From assembly GCA_002256025.1 (NCBI GenBank), contig NKIB01002172.1, forward strand, positions 62,001 through 126,000: a DNA stretch of 64,000 nucleotides, written 5' to 3'. The DNA is from Asterionella formosa (taxonomy: Eukaryota). The notes under the pieces were generated by a model. The model saw only the letters and a list, made by a program, of their open reading frames with translations, was not told the origin of the DNA and ran no database searches. A program made the translations under genes and the position numbers. Positions within the stretch are counted from its first letter, which is position 1; each line of letters starts with the position of its first letter. Below are positions 12,660 through 24,069 of this stretch, piece after piece.

Positions 12660-14050
12660 TATAAATGTTATTTATCAAGCGCCTTATTGCTGCTCTATTA
12701 TTAGTAGGGGAGCCCTCATGGTGCTTCCTGGCCTACCAAGCCTGGGTTTCGTTGAAATGAGTAAAATTAACCCTAACCCGCCTGGTGGTATCAACCCAAC
12801 ATATGTGGTGACTCTAGGTGCTTGAACGCAGGGAGGTGGTGGTGGATATACTCTCTCGAAGAAGAGTCAGGGTAGTACTTAATTGTGCTGGTGTGCTGTG
12901 CTTTTCAGACTTCTGCCTCGTTTGTCAACGGATGAAGAAAGTTGTAAGCTGGGTTTGTGAGCGCAAAGGAGTTTGCGGCCACACTGTAGGAGATCTTGGC
13001 TGTTTGTCTTCCAAATGCCTTGGAGTTGTACTGTAAAATTGGTGTAGATTCTGTTGACCTTGTTTGGCCAGACGAGCCGACTCTTTGAAAAGAAATGCTG
13101 CTTTTTCTAAAAACCTGGGTTTTGTTCCTAGCTGTGCAGTCAGCAATTACTGGAGGGTCTTAGAGAAAAGATGTGAATCTCTTTTGTTGATTGTGTGTTG
13201 CTGCTTGTTCAACCTCTTGATTTTTTCATCATAGTCAGATTGAGTTATGCTTGTGTTTGTTCCTTTTTGAAGGACCATATTTCTTTCTTCCCATGCCTCC
13301 GAGGTTAGGAGCCATATCTGCTGGATGGCTGTCTTTATCCATCTGCTAGCTTGAATGGTGGTGACCTCCTGATCTGGGTCTGATAACATTGCCCCGTACC
13401 AGGTTGTAGTTAGATAACCCATTAGATGAGAATTCTTCCTATTTTTCGTTGGTTGTCCACTGCCATCGTGATTGCCTTCCTTGTGACTTGGGGTGTGTCC
13501 TATGGAAAGTGTATTCCAAATGGTTTGGTGGGAGAATTTCGCAACAAATGAGATATGTAGGCAACAAATATCGGTGAGATGTGAGAGCCACCTGGAACTT
13601 TGTGAAGTTGTGATGCTAAGTATGTCATGTGTACTCCCTGGTTATACTTTATTTTCGGATGATTTCAGGTCAAGAGATGCTCTGTTGACTCATCCTCTTT
13701 GCAGTGAGGGCATTCTGAGCTTCCTTTGGCTGTTATGTCTCTCCTTGCACCTGTTGGTAACCAGCCATGAATAAATTTCGAAATCATAGTTCTTGCCGAC
13801 CCTGATTTCGCCCTGAAAGCCATGGAAAATGCCAACCAGTGTATATTGGCATATTCAAATGCAATCTTATGTTTTTTTTAGAAATATTTCTTGTATTTTG
13901 TTTCCTGGATCGAAGACCTTTTCCTATATGATATTTCACTGTGGATGCATGCTGTTCCCAATAAGAGGCTCACCCCCATATATGGAGTTGATAGGTTCCC
14001 TTTCTAAGTCCCAGGACTGTATCAAAGCATATGCAACCAAGCTTGGATGG
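12660..14050 (-). mobile_element. Degenerate 3' part of a non-LTR (LINE-type) retrotransposon
   Basis: Frameshifted remnants KFIHGWLPT and ECPHCKEDESTEHLLT (CCHC-type knuckle), then GYLTTTW...WIKTAIQQIW...AWEERN, typical of LINE ORF2 C-termini; CpG-depleted. Confidence 0.7.
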
Positions 14051-14217
14051 TGAAAAATAACATTTGTTTAAACCATGTTTTGGACCAAAATAATATGCAT
14101 GATTTATTTATCATTAAAGCTTACTTTGCACTACTGTTTTGGTGATGCAACCTTAACTTAATGCTTTCCCCCCAAGGATGACATAATTTACGCAGTTTCT
14201 ATTTGGGTCCTGAACCT

Positions 14218-15896
14218 TTAGTCTATAGGAGCACTTACTGGGAATGTTTCCATCACTGGGACAATTGCAGAGGGCACCATGCCATCCTTATTTGGAGCAT
14301 TTTTCTGGGATGTTTCAGTCACTTTGTTGGTAGGGGTGGACACCTCCACATTGGCACATTTTGGAATGGTCCCCTCCACATCATCACCATTCAAAGTGGG
14401 GGCCTCAATATGATTTGGAATTGGCAAAATTTCATTGACACCCTTTGGAATGGGTGCCTCCACATCAGTGTCATTCAAACTGGGCACAGCCACATCAGCA
14501 CCACTTGCTGGTCCCTCCATATTTGCACTACTTGGAATGGGTGCCTCAACATCAGGACTCTTCAATATGGGTGCCTCCACATCAGTACAATTCAATATGG
14601 GTGCCTCCACATCAGGACTATTCAATATGGGTGACTCCTCATCAGGACTATTCAATATGGGTGTTTCCACATCAGAACTATTCAATATGGGTGCCTCCTC
14701 ATCAGGACTATTCAATATGGGTGCCTCCACATTGGCAGTTTTAGCATTCACATACTCATGAACACATTGACTGAATAAAGTGACACCTGCAATAAAGGCC
14801 AGCCAGGTAGAAAAGTATAAATTACCAATGGTAGCTCCAGGCCCAGGACCAAATGTAATTTCGATAACTCCAAGAGTAAATAAAATGAGTGTAACAACAG
14901 AGACAATCAGTTCATGCAGAACCTTCAATAATCCTTTGTGTGTCAAGTAGGACATGATGATTCCAAACAGTGCCCCAAAGAATCCAAGAGAAATTGCAAA
15001 CTTGTTGCGAATACATGCTTCTTCACTGTTGCCAGAACTTTTGCAATTAAAGGAACGATGAAAGGTAATGGATGATGCCAACATTACCATGGCACACCCT
15101 GCTAATGCAAACCATTTCATAGTTTTGGGACTGGGTTGGGCTGCCAAGTCCCTAGTACTTGATGCCTGTTCTTGTGCAAGGATACCATTGATCAACATGA
15201 TGAGAGCAAATGATATCCATGAGGAGCTGGAGGTTGTACAGGGTGTGAGTTGGTAAGTAAAAGGAGAGGCTATCATGTGAACATTAAGTACATTGACTTA
15301 CAAATACAAGTTTGAGTTAAAAATCATTGGACGCCCCAAAGAATTAGTAACAGCCATCTCCAGGTCAGGATCCATGATGTAAACTAAACCAGCAGCCCAC
15401 AAAACAAGAAGCAAAGCAGCCATGCCTTGTTCAATCTTGGTTCCAATAAACTTTGTTCTTGCAGTCTCCAGAAAATTTGCATTCACAGCTATGAAGCTGA
15501 ACACCATAGAAATGATTGTGACAATTAAGACCCATTTCTCTGCAGCTGTATTGTGTATGGAAAACACAGTGAGGACATGATTTTATAAGCAATTGGCCAT
15601 GAGCGATCTCTTCTGGAAGCTATGAGACTTTTTTCTCAATTTGATTTCGCTGTTAATAATAAATGGAGAACAACGGGATCGGAGCCCTTTATTCACATTC
15701 AACAAACTCCATATCCGTGAATGGAATTTCCTGTCCTTCGCTGTTCCTTTCCTTGAAACTTACTGCTATTTTTGTAACCAGGAGCAGCCTCAAGAGCTCC
15801 AAGAGCTACTGCAGAAAACACAAACAGGGCAGTCCATCCTTGGGAACGAGGAGAAATTGATACTTCTATTGAGGCGAGGAGGGGAGAGGTCATCAT
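14218..15896 (-). CDS. Multi-pass membrane protein with duplicated NLYFS[ST]W motifs and a C-terminal 10-aa repeat tail; 5' exon structure uncertain
   Basis: Intron 15301-15227 (GTAAGT...CCAG) joins NLYF-SSW, echoed by GNLYFSTW downstream. Many TM segments. Probable first exon MMTSPLL...RSQGWTALFVFSAVALG near 15896. The join across ~15570-15700 is unresolved. Confidence 0.65.
14330..14731 (-). repeat. 30-bp coding minisatellite (VEAPILNSPD-like, ~13 copies)
   Basis: ATCAGGACTATTCAATATGGGTGCCTCCxC units, near-identical at 14550-14731 and more divergent towards 14330. Confidence 0.9.
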
Positions 15897-16284
15897 GAAA
15901 GTGGACAGATGTTTTTGTGGAATAATATAATGTTTCCGGTTCACAAGTTAACAATATTGTAAGAATCTCCTGTTTCACAGATCTGATGACACAGGATCCG
16001 CACGTAGTGTCGATCTACGACTGATGCATGACCGGGAACCGGCAGTGGCGTTCTCATTATAAACGAAGAGATAATTGTTCCATCGCAAAGTTCACTTTCA
16101 TTTCGTTCATCGTCATTCTTGGCATGGCACTATCTTTCCTGCATTCATGATGAAACAGAAATTGCATCGTCCTCAACACTTAAAGAAATTAATCCCACCT
16201 CGCAAACTCTTCCTGGATTGTTATTCCCGGGAAATTCATTGATGGTTCCAGCGCTCCCAGCCCCCCCTTCTCACAGTCCTATAT

Positions 16285-16625
16285 AGTACGGTACCAGGTA
16301 GCACCTAGAACTATTTACCGGTACCAGGGTACCCTGGTACCTGGTAGTATGCTCGCTTATGCTCACTGCAGCATCATACGGGTATTGCAAAGACATTGCT
16401 TCCGGGTGGTTTTTACCTGTGTGCACCGTATGTAGACTACAGATAGTATATCGGTACTGCTAGTATACATACAGTATGTAGTTAGCCGCCAGAGTACCGG
16501 TACTGGTACCAGATACCGGTACCTGGTACCAGTACCTGGCACAAATTATCGGAGAACCAGTACCGGTACCTGGAACTCCACCAAATGCCAGGTACCTGGT
16601 ACCAGACTCCATTACATACTGGTAT
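16285..16625. repeat. Dense GGTACC / TACCGGTA / GTACCWGGTAC palindromic motif array
   Basis: Many overlapping instances, e.g. GATACCGGTACCTGGTACCAGTACCTGG at 16510-16540 and CAGGTACCTGGTACCAG at 16589-16605. Confidence 0.85.
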
Positions 16626-19600
16626 GCGTAGCGATATATGTTTTGGTTATCCTTGCTTTGTGAAAAATGACAATCACATGTATAAGATGTTGTCCATTTC
16701 ATTGCTTGCCCAAGCAAAATATCGACTCTTATCTCATTGTACATACCGGTCACATACATCAGCACACCGGTACACCTTTGATCTCATCGCCGTCGTAAAA
16801 ACTAGACTCGCCGTTGCTGTGTCGTTGGGAACCTACATATGAGGCTCTCGCTGCTCGTTCTATTACTTGTTGCTCTTTCAGCAGCAGAACAACGGTATTG
16901 TCCGTATACTGTTGAGATTGGTACGTCATGGTGGATGCCATGTAGTATGGTACGAAGTGCACACAAACCGAAAATATGATAATAGGAATGCCACTCACTT
17001 ACAGCACTCGATTGACATGAATTATATAATGAATAGACGAAGCTGCCGTGCAAGATGGCGACTGTTATGAATCTTCCTCCCCACAAGGCGTCTCTGCAAT
17101 GGTTTCTGGGGAATATTTTGAAGACGTGGTCATTTGGGATTCAGATTTTCCCTGTCCAGTAAAGAATCATGTGTTTATTCTTTTTGCCGGCGACTATGAC
17201 GGTGTGTTGGGAGCTAAAATGGGGTCGGCAGAAGCAGGTAATACTGACAATTACATTCACACCTACCGAGCCGCCATTTTTGAAATATTGCCAGTCCCAC
17301 AGGGGGTGGCGGGATGTTTTCCAGTGGATTGGAAGAAGAATCATTACTGTCAAACGACGTGGAGAGTGGCACAGTATGGGACAGAATGTAATAATCCTGA
17401 GTTATGAACCAGTGTGTGGTGTTTATTTATCAAACGACAGTGAATGGAAGATCCTGAATTGTGAGCCATTGTTGTTGGATTTTTATCAAATTGTCAATGA
17501 ATAGATGATCATGCGTTATGCCTGCATGGCATCCCAATGCAAGATGTAATTATTTATTTTTCTGGGTGGAAGGCTGGAATTGATGATGCACAAGTGAAAT
17601 ATCATACATAGTTCCGTTTTCCCGAGTTTTGGTGCAGCAATAGTAACTTGTTGGCTGCCAACTTTGGGGATTCATCTAGACACACCATTGGGCAGCCAAA
17701 CTGGAGAAAGTCAAATCACGATGAGAATTGCAGGGCATGCAATCGCTTGTATAGTTAGGTGAAATTGAACCAGTCATGTACATGGTACCAGTTCCCTATA
17801 TACTTAGATATAATTCACCTTTCAGCTTTCATTGTTTATTTGAATGTGAGTGCCTGTCTCGCATCATGTTGTCAATTTCAGTAAAATAACTGCAACTTGC
17901 AGATACCTGTTTTTTGGGTAGTGCGGGAGGCAAGAGTAACCTGCCAGATATGTTAGAGTACCAGATAAAGCTAAGCAAAAATATTTTCGGGTAGCTGGTG
18001 CCAGTTCCAGATTTTATTGAAAGATGATTCTTAGACTTTCTTCATTTCACCAGTTTTCTTGCAAACCAAGAAATCAATTTTTGTATTATCGTTATAGCTG
18101 CTTCTGCAAGAAATGGGAGTTGCGAAAAAGGAAAACTCGATTGAGATTCTGGTGGACAAAGTTGTGTTTCAATATCTGGTCTGCTTGTTGTCACTTATTG
18201 TTGGAAAGTTACTACTCAGGTTGATTGTCACATCGGGGACACTGTGTGTTAGGAAACCTACATACGACAATGGTACATGATGATGGATGGACTAGCTATG
18301 GTCCAACACAAACATAGTAATAAGAAAAAGCGCCAGCCACATAGGGCGCCACATCAACTTACTAGAACTGGCTGATAAGCAGTTCGATTGCAACATCGAA
18401 TGCTCACTTTAACTTATTATTTGGTTTACAATCAATTCGACCACTCTGTGTGAACACGACCCTCATTCTGTTATCTTAACGGCACAGTTGGGGGATGCAA
18501 ATACTCTAGTTTCAACACTGTGCACAATTTCCTCAGCTCTGGTGGGTGACTGCCTAAACACTACAATTACACCTGTGAGGTGCTGCAAGAGAAAAAACGA
18601 AGCAATCAAGACAAATGAAGGACAAGGATCACAAAGGTGTGTGATGATGTAATATTTATGGTGAAGCAAGTTGTATTGTCCACTGTGCTAGCTAACTAGT
18701 AGCTTTGCTCACAGTGCTGTGATCAGAGGGGGGAAGCCTATGCTACGAACAGACATATGATGAATCTCTGAAATTATGTTATCGACGTGCTTTGCTATTT
18801 TCGACTTATGAAGAAAGCTGAAGTCTGGAATGCTGCCAAGATTCGCTGAGAGATCAAGTTGAAAATCGAAATGCAGTGATGGACCCCTCATTTCGCTTCA
18901 GTTGATCAGCATCATGAAAACTATATTTATTTAGCTAAAAAACAAAAGACTAATTAGGATTCTTTTTACAATGACTTTCAATTGCCCATTTTATCAACGA
19001 ATGTTTGAAGCACAAAAGGTTGCATGTGCATGCCTGAATTTGTTCATCACTTCGATATGGAAGAGTCCTCCTATTTCCATACACAGCACCGGTCGTAGAC
19101 TCTCTCCTCAATGTATCATTAATGCACATGCATGATTTCGACCTGAGAATAATTCGTGTGCCTGTTTTTGATATAGGGAGTGAGTTCCCATATTGGGAAA
19201 GCAGTCGATTTCATTTTTATGATTATACAGTACCGGTACGTCTAGCGGTATGCGAATATATTCATTTATCATTTTGTTATGATATATTTATCAGACAACC
19301 TTATTATACATCATCAGGTACACATGGTCTACCGGTATATATAATCAAATCCAACGGATATGATACCAACTACCTGTACATCCCTTCTACTGTACAACAG
19401 GTTCAACCGGTACATAGACCCAGTCATTACGGACTTCATTTTCTCGGCTCACTCCTCAAGTTACTCTGCGCAATCACTTTCCTCTTCGTTGATGAAGTAC
19501 CGGTAGTTTTTCTCATGAATGTGTACGGATAGTGGGTATACAAGCACCAAGTCAGTACCAGGTACCAGGTACCGTAACTGGTAGTCGCTTTGAATTACAA

Positions 19601-19824
19601 AGGCATTGTGCCCCTAATCCAAATGCCATGACTCGCTTGCATGCCTGGAAACAAAACTACCTAAATTTATGTCCGAGATGACCAGCCGAGATATCATGCA
19701 AGTAAGAATTTTAAAAGACATGTTCTACCGGGGCGGGCATATATGAAGGCATTAATAGGGCTTAGTTTCGCGAAGGGCCTTTGTCATTCTTTTATTCACT
19801 TTACTACTGAAAACAAACTTGACA

Positions 19825-21195
19825 ATGATGCATTCTCCGCTTCGATCCTCGCTTTACACTATCCTGGAAGAGGAGCGATTCGATGACATCGATAATAGCG
19901 ACCATGCTCTTCATCCCGCGCTAACGGCGCAATCATACATCAAAACAAGGCGAAATCGGATCCTGGCGGAGGCTTGCTCACCGGGACGATGCTACACTTT
20001 CAGTCGATTTCTATCCACAAACGCGCTCCTCGTAATTCTTGCGCTTGTATGTATAACAATTGCATCTTGCATACAACGTCTTGACCGAAGCTCGGGAAGA
20101 ATGCTATCTGTTCGAGGTGTCAGCATGGATGTTGTAGATACACGCTCACCGAAACGAACCCTTTTATTTGACGATGGCACTTTATACATGCCCGAAAATG
20201 GCGAGTCCATGTGCCAATACTTCCTTTATCCCAGTCGATCACACACTGAAATTAAGCGGATTCACTACCACTTTAGTCACTGCCAAGATGATTCAATGGG
20301 CAACCAACTTTCTGAGTACTTCGGGGCATTGGTACTCGCTAATGCCGCACAAGTACCGTTCACAATGACATGTGATCCGTATCCACTAGAAGATACAGTA
20401 ATCTCTCGATTGATTGGAGAATCCATATATCGTCCGTCGGTTGATATTCATGGCAATACATGGTCTCCATTGGACCTTTGCCTAGCATGTGAGACTCTGC
20501 CAGCAGGGTGTAATGACGAGTTCAAGTTCTTGTTTTCAGAAACGATCCGACGGACCATGTGGAGTCTTGAATCTAACGATCCTTCGGTGGAAATCCATGA
20601 TGCCGTAATTCATCTCCGACTGGGGGATGCGCTGGCATCAACCGAAAGCGAGATACAAGAATCAAGGGGAGTGATTCCTCATGAAATGTATTCGGATGCC
20701 ATCAAGCAAGCGTCTCTGGAAAAGGGCGAAATCAAGAGTATTGTTGTTCTAGTCCAGTCCCCTAATAAGTCAAGAAGTGAGCTCATTGATCATCGAAGTC
20801 GAATTGTATCCAACGATTTCCTCGAGTATCTTCAGGGAGAGTTTCCCCTTGTGACAATTCAGATCATACTGGATGGAGTTGAATCATCCAGAAAGACGTA
20901 CCAACGACTCATCCAAGCGAACAAAGTTGCAATATGTGGTGTGTCTTCGTTCTGTACTCATCCGGTTTTATCCAACCACAACGGCCTGGCATTTGTTTAT
21001 CAGGGGCACAAGGCCAAGGTCAGCGATTGGGTATCCACGTTGGTGGAATTCAACGCGAATTTACGAGTTTGGGATGTGCCACTCCTGGAGAGCAATGTGA
21101 TTGAGAATATTTCCGATGACGAGCTATTGCATTGGCTCCGAACTCAGAATTCTAAAGTCATTTCATCACCTGCTTCCTTCCAAGTGGTTCAATAG
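19825..21195 (+). CDS. Type II membrane protein, putative GT11-like (alpha-1,2-fucosyltransferase-like) glycosyltransferase
   Basis: 456-aa intronless ORF with one TM segment (ALLVILALVCITIASCI). SMGNQLSEY and AVIHLRLGD resemble the GT11 GxGNQ and HxRxGD motifs. Confidence 0.65.
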   Translation: MMHSPLRSSLYTILEEERFDDIDNSDHALHPALTAQSYIKTRRNRILAEACSPGRCYTFSRFLSTNALLVILALVCITIASCIQRLDRSSGRMLSVRGVSMDVVDTRSPKRTLLFDDGTLYMPENGESMCQYFLYPSRSHTEIKRIHYHFSHCQDDSMGNQLSEYFGALVLANAAQVPFTMTCDPYPLEDTVISRLIGESIYRPSVDIHGNTWSPLDLCLACETLPAGCNDEFKFLFSETIRRTMWSLESNDPSVEIHDAVIHLRLGDALASTESEIQESRGVIPHEMYSDAIKQASLEKGEIKSIVVLVQSPNKSRSELIDHRSRIVSNDFLEYLQGEFPLVTIQIILDGVESSRKTYQRLIQANKVAICGVSSFCTHPVLSNHNGLAFVYQGHKAKVSDWVSTLVEFNANLRVWDVPLLESNVIENISDDELLHWLRTQNSKVISSPASFQVVQ

Positions 21196-21374
21196 AAACT
21201 CTTCTCCAATGTCTCATGTTCTATATATTGTATGCATATGTATTTGCCTTTGTTTTGAGAGCATATCTTCAGGCTAAGAATCAACAAACGATTCCGAACG
21301 TACACTCGCTAAGATTTAGTCTAGTCTTTTGAAATTTTATTAGAATGTGGTGAAATGAAAACGAGCTGTCACAA

Positions 21375-21831
21375 CTATTCCCTTGACTCGGCTTTGTTTT
21401 GTTCATTCTCCCTCTCCTTCATTATACTAGTCACTTGGTCATTCATCGCTTTCTTAATTTTGGCATCTTTCGTTCCACTTTCCAATAACATGTAATTCGC
21501 CAACGCTCGAACAGCATTGGCTTTGGCCGTTTCTATTACGATTGGATCAGTTTCTAGTTGATGAGCCCCAAACTGCGAGCGTACCATGATTCGTAACGAT
21601 GTCCGTTTGGGTGAATTGCCAGGCGCAATGTGCCTGACCAATCTCATGCAATCTCGAAAGAGCTTTATGTTGTTGTTGTTGTTGTTGTTGTTGATGATGA
21701 GCAAGAAAAATAGTACAATTAGTAATTATCGTTCCATCGAAAAAATAATCACAGGTACGTTGTTGTGGTTGTTGTTGTATCAAGGTTCGTCCTACCTGTA
21801 ACGATGTTCGGATCGGAGCTCCAGGAATCAT
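21375..21831 (-). CDS. LYR-motif (Complex1_LYR-like) mitochondrial protein; exons 21831-21796 and 21662-21375
   Basis: Phase-0 intron GTAGGA...AAAG joins MIPGAPIRTSLQ to LFRDCMRLVRHIAPG...VRSQF...ETDP...A.RALANY. Confidence 0.8.
21668..21693. repeat. (TTG/CAA)n microsatellite inside the LYR-gene intron
   Basis: TGTTGTTG run of ~8 units. Confidence 0.95.
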
Positions 21832-22275
21832 TGTATGGTGTTGTTGTATGTGTTGATAATGAAAGATAATACTAGTTAGAATGCCGGTAGTAGGCAGAGC
21901 TGAAGATAGTAAGGACTTGTGTGATTTTGCCGTCCAACCCTGTGCAACATGGTCGACAATACGACTATGTGCATACCGATATGCCAACTTTTCTGCTTTT
22001 TTCCTGGGTTTCAGGATAGTACATACGTAGTACGGTCGTTTATCGAGTTGTGTCGGACAAATGATATTACTGGTACCTGGTACCAGGTCCCCTGTTACAT
22101 ACCGGTAGTCGGAGGGCTGTTCATACTACCGGTATCATAATGCATCATCGCTCAGCCATCAGCCACAGCCAGCCAGGAGAAAGTCGAAACTCCCCCGATA
22201 CCGGTATGACTGGTATCATTACGACACCGTCAAACGGCATATATTTGATAGCCTGCAACTCCGTACCAACACCAG

Positions 22276-22366
22276 CAAGTTGCGGTCATTTTGCTTAAAT
22301 AAACAATTTAATATAGGATAAAGATAACTAAACATTTAGCTTCAGAACAATTACCGCAGCAACTTG
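22276..22366 (-). mobile_element. MITE copy B (91 bp) with CAG TSD
   Basis: CAAGTTGCGGTCATT...TTACCGCAGCAACTTG. CAG at 22273-22275 and 22367-22369. Confidence 0.88.
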
Positions 22367-22438
22367 CAGGTAATGATGTATGCATAGGAGTATTATTTTT
22401 CATCCTCAGAGAGACCCTCGTTGGCGTCATTTATCACC

Positions 22439-22978
22439 ATGATGGCATTTCTACCTTTCCTCGTCCTTTTCTCTTCCTGGATCTACCTCATCCATCCATC
22501 TGCTGCTTACGATTTACTGGAAACATGTCAATCTAAAGGATTCAATCCACTCGAGTTGAGCTGCGAAACGTGCCAACTACTCAAGGACGTGAATCCACTT
22601 CATTTCGAAGCTTGTCAACAATGTTGCCAGGCCTACAAGGATACCAAAAACACTGCCACAAGGTATGGTGCGGCCATTTTCTTGCACTACCCCGCAATTG
22701 AAGAAATGGATAATTTCGTCAAGGATGACTTGCCCAACATGGACAAGAAATCACAGATTACAGTTGTCCAACAACAGGGAGAATCAGACCAAATGCGCTA
22801 CTTGATGGGATTCATGCAAAAGTCATGTTCGATCCTATGGCTTGACAAGAAGCCGGCAGTATCTATCACTGCTAGTACCAACATCGAATCATTACGAAAA
22901 ATGGCTAAGGAAGAAATCGACTTGAGAGGATGGAAGCGAGATGATGTCAAGAGCATGTTGGAGACTTTGCTGGTGTGA
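22439..22978 (+). CDS. Selenoprotein F (Sep15)-like ER protein lacking CxU
   Basis: Signal peptide, then CQSKGFNPLELSCETCQLL...CQQCCQ (Sep15 Cys-rich domain) and C-terminal EEIDLRGWKRDDVKSML. Confidence 0.8.
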   Translation: MMAFLPFLVLFSSWIYLIHPSAAYDLLETCQSKGFNPLELSCETCQLLKDVNPLHFEACQQCCQAYKDTKNTATRYGAAIFLHYPAIEEMDNFVKDDLPNMDKKSQITVVQQQGESDQMRYLMGFMQKSCSILWLDKKPAVSITASTNIESLRKMAKEEIDLRGWKRDDVKSMLETLLV

Positions 22979-23184
22979 AAGAACTAACAACAGATTAGGG
23001 CGGGCTCACTACGATCGCAAGGAGGATACCGATATTTTAATTCAAGACATGAAATTTTTTTGCAACTACTACGTTCTGTATATTCATTACCAGAATTTGT
23101 GATCCCATTGTCGTGGACTGCACCAGAACGAAGTACCGGTAGCTCTCACAGTAAAACCATCAAACAAATTGGCAACCTCATACT

Positions 23185-23993
23185 TTACTGCAATTGATGA
23201 TACACCTGAGGATTTAGTTTCCTTAATTCATAGCGCTCAATCCAGAACACATGGATGATATTTGGCAACGAGATAAATGTATTTTCGAATGGAATTAACG
23301 CCTCCAGATAACAAAGCAATGATGCGGTGATCACAAGGAATGTTCTGTTGTGTACGAACCACCACCACGACAAAGGCGTTTCAAATTCTTTTTCAAGCAG
23401 CGCTCTCGTAGTATCAGTTATCAGCCCAATTTCTCTAAGCAAACGAACATGTGCCGACTTTGTTGGGCCAAAAATGCGGATGTTTTTCTTGAAATAGGAG
23501 GAATCGACACATTGCTAGTATCTTGTTTGCCGTATCCTCGCTCATGGTGCTCGTCTCGTATGTTTTGTGTTGTATGCAACTTTGCCGTCAATGGTAAGGG
23601 ATTTAGAAGTTTGCACTTCTTTCAAAACAGTGAGAATAGCTAATAACTACTCGGAGTACACTGGTATCATAATTGATTGCCAGGAATTATGAAATATCAA
23701 TGACACTTGCGCGCTAGTAATCGAATGAATCGTATAGCAAGGTGTTTCTTGTTTTCGATCCTCATCTGCTTGTCTGATTTAAGAAATGTGTTCTTTCCGA
23801 CTCTGCCTTTCCCAAATACTGATGGTGGTAGGTCATAATCACCTGCCCTGGCATTGACCGAGGCATTTCTGTTGGTCACAGCAGTCACAACCCTCTTGAC
23901 AACGAAATTCAAATCAAATAAACTGGACTTTGTGTCCTTTTTACCTTCTACTTTATTGTCCTTCTCCAACATCCTTCTTTGGATCTTGGCCAC
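23185..23993 (-). pseudogene. Fragmented coding remnant of unknown family
   Basis: Short protein-like ORFs 23697-23993 and 23185-23442, separated by stops and frameshifts. Confidence 0.3.
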
Positions 23994-24069
23994 CAGATGA
24001 TTAAAGCCATCTTATTAACGATATACCGGTACTTGGGAAAGGATTCTCCTTATCATTGGCGGGGTTTCA

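Noticed and set aside
14330..14731. Regular 30-bp repeats as a CRISPR array; plus-strand repeat ORFs (14203, 14435, 14445)
   Set aside because: No unique spacers and no cas genes in a eukaryotic context. The plus-strand ORFs are shadows of the minus-strand coding repeat.
16460..16842. ORFs with VPGTGTG/YQVP peptides (similar ones at 52547-52765 and 61559-61849)
   Set aside because: Artefacts of the stop-poor GGTACC palindrome arrays.
17048..17504. Short protein-like ORFs (similar ones at 11985-12236, 29038-29283 and 30767-31151)
   Set aside because: No recognisable motif or coherent exon structure; possibly pseudogene debris.
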